Of a DNA stretch of 64,000 nt, positions 59,253 to 64,000 are shown piece after piece (within the stretch, counting starts at the first letter, position 1; each line of letters opens with the position of its first letter). Made by a program: the position numbers and the translations under genes. The stretch comes from Candidatus Bathyarchaeota archaeon (GTDB taxonomy: Archaea > Thermoproteota > Bathyarchaeia > Bathyarchaeales > Bathycorpusculaceae), in the NCBI GenBank assembly GCA_963720565.1, contig CAVRFW010000005.1:32001-96000 (forward strand), written 5' to 3'. The notes beneath the pieces were generated by a model. It saw only the letters and a program-made list of their open reading frames with translations. It searched no databases and was not told where the DNA came from.

Positions 59253-59798
59253 ATGGTAGAGCAGGCAAAATACGAGATTCTGCGAAAAATCAACAAAGTC
59301 GAGATAAGACTATACCCACATTTAGTAGTTGCCAGGGTTGAGGGCTACGGCGATGCCGGTTTCAACATTCTTTTCCGTTTCATAACAGGCAACAACAGGC
59401 AAAAATCTAAAGTTGAGATGACGGCACCCGTTATTTCGGAAAAGATAGCCATGACTGCCCCTGTCTTTTCGGAAGAGGATTCTTTGGCATTTGTAATGCC
59501 CGACGGGTTTTCGATCGATACGACACCGGAACCGCTTGATAACCGCGTGAAGATTGTCGAGATACCGGAAAGGGCAGTTGCAGCACTTCAGTTTTCTGGA
59601 TCTTGGTCCAGCTCAGTTTTCGAAAAACGGTCAAGAGAACTTTTGGAAGAGCTAGCCAATGAAGGAGTCAGAACAGCTAGCCAGGTTTTTTCTATGAGGT
59701 ACAATGGACCATTTACTCCCTGGTTTCTACGTAGAAACGAAGTAGCCGTAGTTGTAGATGTTAAAGACAGGGCTTACTCGAAGCAACTCTCAAAATAG
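59253..59798 (+). CDS. SOUL heme-binding family protein
   Basis: EIR.YP, GF..LFRFI.G.N, MTAPV x2, FVMP, YNGPFTP..LRRNEV. Confidence 0.92.
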   Translation: MVEQAKYEILRKINKVEIRLYPHLVVARVEGYGDAGFNILFRFITGNNRQKSKVEMTAPVISEKIAMTAPVFSEEDSLAFVMPDGFSIDTTPEPLDNRVKIVEIPERAVAALQFSGSWSSSVFEKRSRELLEELANEGVRTASQVFSMRYNGPFTPWFLRRNEVAVVVDVKDRAYSKQLSK

Positions 59799-59906
59799 GA
59801 TTCTTCTTTTCAGTCTTTGTTAATTCCACAAACACGCTTTTGCCTATGTATTAACACCAGATCCGAATTTAGGAGCTCGCACTATCTCTTATGCTACAGA
59901 AGCAAA

Positions 59907-60362
59907 TCAACTAACGCTGCTGATAGCCTTCAATACCTCTTGAACATGTTGCTTTACATCTACTTTGGGAAAGACAGCTGAAATTTTTCCTTCTTTGCTG
60001 ATTATGAAAGTCACTCGGTGAGTTAGAACTCCCCCGATTCCGAGAACGCCGTATTGCTTAGCTACTTCCTTCTGGTTGTCACTCAACAAAGCAAAAGGAA
60101 GCGTGTACTTCTTTGAAAACTTGGCGTGAGATTCAACACTGTCTACACTCACTCCAATCACCACAGCACCTCTTTCCTCGAAGGCTTTGTATTCATCTCT
60201 GAAGCTACAGGCTTCCTTGGTGCAGCCAGGTGTAAAATCTTTAGGATAGAAGTAGAGGACAACCGTTTTGCTGCCGAGAAAATCCTTCAGTCTAACGGGA
60301 AAACCCCTTTCATCTATCAAACTGAAATCTGGAGCAACATCTCCAATCTTCAACTCAACCAC
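59907..60362 (-). CDS. bcp: Peroxiredoxin, BCP/PrxQ type
   Basis: GDVAPDF, YFYPKDFTPGCTKEACSFRD. Confidence 0.93.
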   Translation of the reverse strand: MVELKIGDVAPDFSLIDERGFPVRLKDFLGSKTVVLYFYPKDFTPGCTKEACSFRDEYKAFEERGAVVIGVSVDSVESHAKFSKKYTLPFALLSDNQKEVAKQYGVLGIGGVLTHRVTFIISKEGKISAVFPKVDVKQHVQEVLKAISSVS

Positions 60363-60563
60363 AAAGTTCACCGGATATTCAGTCGCTAATTCCACTATAA
60401 TAACATGGTGCTCCGCCAACCTCTTCACTGCAAATTTCTTGTTTAACCTCGTTTTGGCTAATCCCGCCAACAAACCAGACAAATATTTAGCGGACTCTCA
60501 AAAAATTGCACACAAGAAATATTAGGCGATCTAGTGGATGATTGAAGTGGTGATATAACTCAA

Positions 60564-60809
60564 ATGAACAAAGGCAAACTAGAGAAAGAGCTTGTAGAAC
60601 CTTACTTACCGAATAAAACTATTCCCCCCGAATACATTAGGGATGTTCTGGATGAAGCTAACAAGGATTTTCCGCTGAGGGATTTTGATTACGAGGTCCC
60701 ACACAAATGGCCACTTGAGGAATACAAGGACAGATACGAGAGATTAGAGCAACAAATGCTCGAGATCATAAGCTGGCGTGTACGCTGGTTTGGGAAGAAA
60801 GAAACGTAG
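60564..60809 (+). CDS. Hypothetical protein
   Basis: Clean ORF, GGTGA upstream. Confidence 0.65.
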   Translation: MNKGKLEKELVEPYLPNKTIPPEYIRDVLDEANKDFPLRDFDYEVPHKWPLEEYKDRYERLEQQMLEIISWRVRWFGKKET

Positions 60810-60905
60810 GAGACCACGTTTAAAACCTGTTCACTTCAGCGAGCTTAGACGCTACCAGCAAGAGCCTACGCTATCTATAAGAAAAGGACCGACTGTTATT
60901 ACACG

Positions 60906-61646
60906 GTGATCATAACGCAATCGCGTTTTGGAGATGATTTTCAGAAGGGGACAAAATACCAAAGAGGAGACGTCTGGGCTCCACTGGATTGGGCAGCAAA
61001 ACCTGAAGTCTACAAGACTTATCCATCAAGAAGGCAACTTCAGCTTTCACATCAATTCCAAAACCAGACTCTTCCTTTTGTAGAGGTGCTCAAGAAACGG
61101 AGAAGTATTCGAAGCTACTCACCTGAAGCACTACGCACTTCTGATTTGTCTTTTCTCCTGTGGGCATCTACGGGCATTCAAAGAAAGCAGCATGACCACG
61201 AGTTCCGCACAGCGCCTTCGGCTGGGGCATTGTATCCGATTGAAACTTACCTCGCAGCAAACAACGTTGAAGGATTGGAGAAAGGTCTATATCACTACAA
61301 CATTCCCGCGCATGCTCTGGAAGAGCTGAAAATCGGAGCTCTCGGAGAAGAACTAGCTCATGGTGCTTTGGAGCAGGAGATGTGCGAGGAAGCACCAGTG
61401 GTGTTCGTCTGGACAGCGGTCTTTGGCAGGTCAAAATGGAAATACAAGCAAAGAGCGTACAGGTACGTGTATTTAGACGCAGGCCATATAGCTCAGAACC
61501 TCGCCTTGTCCGCGGCAAGCATTGGCCTTGGATCTTGCCAGATTGGAGCCATCTTTGATGATGAAATAAACAGCATCTTAGGTGTAGACGGAATAGAGGA
61601 AAGCACAATATACCTTAGCGCAGTTGGTTATCCAAAACAAGGTTAG
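60906..61646 (+). CDS. SagB/ThcOx-family nitroreductase-like protein
   Basis: RRSIRSY, RTAPSAGALYPIE, DAGHIAQNL. Confidence 0.92.
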   Translation: MIITQSRFGDDFQKGTKYQRGDVWAPLDWAAKPEVYKTYPSRRQLQLSHQFQNQTLPFVEVLKKRRSIRSYSPEALRTSDLSFLLWASTGIQRKQHDHEFRTAPSAGALYPIETYLAANNVEGLEKGLYHYNIPAHALEELKIGALGEELAHGALEQEMCEEAPVVFVWTAVFGRSKWKYKQRAYRYVYLDAGHIAQNLALSAASIGLGSCQIGAIFDDEINSILGVDGIEESTIYLSAVGYPKQG

Positions 61647-61709
61647 GCTGATTTCCAATTTTCTATTTTGAATCATAGATCTGAAAACAGAAAAACCAAA
61701 ACAAACCAC

Positions 61710-62063
61710 TCACTTTAAGTATTCACCAAGGTTTGTTTCCCCAACTTCGAAGACTGGAAATACCTGAATCAACTGTTTTGCCATTTCAGACAGGATCTTC
61801 TTAACGCCATCCGTTTTCTCAAATTCGATCTTGGGATACAATCTTATCACAATCCCACCTTCTCTGCCTGTTATCATTGCCAAAAAACTCGTCTTTCTGT
61901 CTGACTGGATAGCTAAAGAATCAATCAGAATAGCGTTCTTGCCACGCTCAAGGTAAATGTCGGTAGTTTTCAGAAGGGTTCTTTCATCTCTAATGAATAG
62001 TGGCTTCAATTCATTGAAAACATTCTCGATACTAACTCGACCCTTCAAAACAACATGCGGCAA
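61710..62063 (-). CDS. Hypothetical protein
   Basis: Clean ORF MPHVVL...ETNL; GGAGG upstream. Confidence 0.7.
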   Translation of the reverse strand: MPHVVLKGRVSIENVFNELKPLFIRDERTLLKTTDIYLERGKNAILIDSLAIQSDRKTSFLAMITGREGGIVIRLYPKIEFEKTDGVKKILSEMAKQLIQVFPVFEVGETNLGEYLK

Positions 62064-62247
62064 AGCTCTTCCTCCGAAAGAGGATGTTATTCTCCGCTTA
62101 ATATTCAGTTCTACTCAAATCAAAACAGCGTTTATGCATAGCCTTGAAAGAACTAGATGCAAAGAGTAGGTTCGCAAGTTGCGTTATGCCTCAAAATAGA
62201 CAACGCTTAAAAACTTTTTCAGCCATCGAGCTCTTAGGCACAAAACC

Positions 62248-63975
62248 ATGAAGAGCACTAATGCGCGTTTCCTGCTAGCAGTCACTGCCTTACTGCTTTT
62301 CATTTTCGGGACATCAGTTGGTTCAGTTCTGGACTCAAACTTCGGAAAAACTGAAGTCAAATCAATTCTGATTAGCAGCGGCGAGGTAAAACTAAGCGCA
62401 ATATTATATCGCCCGTACTCAGCTTCTCCGGATAATCCCTCTCCCGCGATTGTCGTTACGCATGGAATAAGCAGCTCCAAGGAGATGATGAGCAGCATTG
62501 GACTTGAACTATCCAGAAGAGGCTTTGTGACCCTCTGCTTGGATTTGTATGGGCACGGAAAATCCGGAGGAACCCTTGAAGACGGAGAAGAAGACCCAAG
62601 TTTTGGTTCGTTATCAGCTGTACAGTACATAAAGTCGCAACCATATGTCAACTCATCTAAGATAGGCATGATTGGCCATAGTCTGGGTGCAGGAGCAGTT
62701 AGAGCAGCAACTGTAAAAGATGATCAAATTGGAGCTTTAGTTCTGATAGCAGGAGGGCTAGGAGATTCTGTCGAGCAATTGGATTATGGCCAGTTCAACA
62801 GCACTTTTCCCAAAAATCTTCTTGTAATAGTGGGTAAATACGATGTTCTTTTCAACATAACAGAGGTTACCAAAGAAGAACTGCCGGCAATGTTCGGCAC
62901 CCAGCAAGAAGTGGTTCCGGACGTTACTTACGGGAACTTCCTCTCTCAGACGGCAAGAAAACTGGTCACACCATCAACAACACATCTCTTTGAGCCATTC
63001 GACCCAGCAGCCATTTCCGAAATAGTCACATGGATGCAAAACGCCTTTCCTACAACAGGATCTTCAGAAGCAGTATGCGATGTAAAAATGGTCTACTTCG
63101 AACGGGAAATTTCAATCATGGTCGGCATTATTGGACTTATAGGAATAACTCTTCTCATGTTCTTCCCCGTCTCAAAAGTGGCAAGGCTGAAAATTCCTGA
63201 AGATGCACCTGAAAGTAACAGTCGACCAAAAGCATTGAAGTCGCACGCTGTATGGGGTCTGCTAAACATAGCTTTGTTCCTGCCATTGTTAGCCGTTGGA
63301 TTCGTAATTCCGTTCCCACCATTGCTGTTTGGAAGGTCAATAGCTTGGTGGATGCTCGGCGTGGGCTTAGCCGGGTTGCTCTTGATTGCCGCGAAAATTC
63401 CGAAATCTCTGACCAAGATCAGACTTAAGGAAACACTCAGAGAGGCCATAGGCAAAAAAGAAATAATCGCAGGATTGACACTGTTCTTGTTTCTTTTCAC
63501 AATCGCTAGCTTACTAGAATCAGTGTTCAATGTTAATCTTCGAATAATCACACCAATATTTCGGGCACTAACAGATCCACGGCGAATTTGGGCCTTCCTA
63601 TCATTCCTGCCATTCTTCACAGCATACTTCCTAGCAGAAGGACTATACCTACATGACCCCTACAAACCAAAGCAACAACAAAAACAAGGAAGACCTGCCG
63701 ACCTGCACGAATACTTCAGCGTTGTCATCGGCAAAACCGCTCCCTTCCTGATGGTAATCTGTTTACAATATCTGCCTGCAATAGTCTTTGGCTTCTGGGT
63801 TTTTCCGAGCTTTTCCGGGTTCATCTTCGAGTTTCTCTGGTTGATTGTGCCCATTTTCATAATAACAACAACAAGCTCGTGGTGGTTCTACAGGAAAACC
63901 AGAGGAATCGGGCTGGGAGCATTGTTTAACACGTTAACGATGGCGTGGGTAGCCGCCGCCGTATTTCCATTCTAG
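62248..63975 (+). CDS. Membrane-bound alpha/beta hydrolase
   Basis: VVTHG, DLYGHGKS, GHSLG nucleophile elbow; multi-TM C-terminal half. Confidence 0.88.
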   Translation: MKSTNARFLLAVTALLLFIFGTSVGSVLDSNFGKTEVKSILISSGEVKLSAILYRPYSASPDNPSPAIVVTHGISSSKEMMSSIGLELSRRGFVTLCLDLYGHGKSGGTLEDGEEDPSFGSLSAVQYIKSQPYVNSSKIGMIGHSLGAGAVRAATVKDDQIGALVLIAGGLGDSVEQLDYGQFNSTFPKNLLVIVGKYDVLFNITEVTKEELPAMFGTQQEVVPDVTYGNFLSQTARKLVTPSTTHLFEPFDPAAISEIVTWMQNAFPTTGSSEAVCDVKMVYFEREISIMVGIIGLIGITLLMFFPVSKVARLKIPEDAPESNSRPKALKSHAVWGLLNIALFLPLLAVGFVIPFPPLLFGRSIAWWMLGVGLAGLLLIAAKIPKSLTKIRLKETLREAIGKKEIIAGLTLFLFLFTIASLLESVFNVNLRIITPIFRALTDPRRIWAFLSFLPFFTAYFLAEGLYLHDPYKPKQQQKQGRPADLHEYFSVVIGKTAPFLMVICLQYLPAIVFGFWVFPSFSGFIFEFLWLIVPIFIITTTSSWWFYRKTRGIGLGALFNTLTMAWVAAAVFPF

Positions 63976-64000
63976 ACAAAACGGAAAGCCCATCTTCAGA

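Noticed and set aside
60906..61646. RiPP (azole) biosynthetic cluster around the SagB-like gene
   Set aside because: No YcaO, precursor peptide or transporter adjacent; stand-alone SagB-like nitroreductases are common
1..64000. CRISPR array, rRNA, intact transposase or prophage genes
   Set aside because: No regularly spaced repeats or recognisable motifs found by eye

Overview
Archaeal chromosomal segment, most consistent with Bathyarchaeia/TACK. This is an inference from the type IB topoisomerase, ftr, TBP, two thermosome subunits and a Cren7-like protein. 1.5-17 kb is a dense thiol-redox, oxygen-detoxification and metal cluster: CVWC glutaredoxin + ferredoxin:disulfide reductase, dihydrolipoamide dehydrogenase-like enzyme, zinc-type ferredoxin, SOD, rubrerythrin, FprA, OsmC, PDO and CopA. 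17-22.6 kb holds hypA/ATPase-type hypB, ftr and topIB. 22.7-28.2 kb is a bacterial-type DUF4956 / lamin-tail / VTC polyphosphate-polymerase / Cthe_2159-like operon. It is followed by a large AAA-TPR-RAD55-like gene, an MFS transporter and tRNA-Arg(GCG). Directly upstream of the tRNA lie an unannotated tyrosine-integrase remnant and a box C/D sRNA candidate, then an accessory-looking block (TBP, two thermosomes, Hsp20, many small Zn-finger ORFs). 47-54 kb carries a group 3b [NiFe]-hydrogenase operon with fused beta-gamma subunits and a Pat-type acetyltransferase. The most novel signal is a family of three dispersed, unannotated 31-aa CxC-x13-CxxC microprotein genes (41114, 44532, 56004), two of which share a conserved promoter/leader. 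About ten genes are broken, mostly by single extra bases, which are most likely sequencing/assembly errors. No CRISPR array, rRNA or intact transposase was seen. All family calls come from motif recognition, not database searches.
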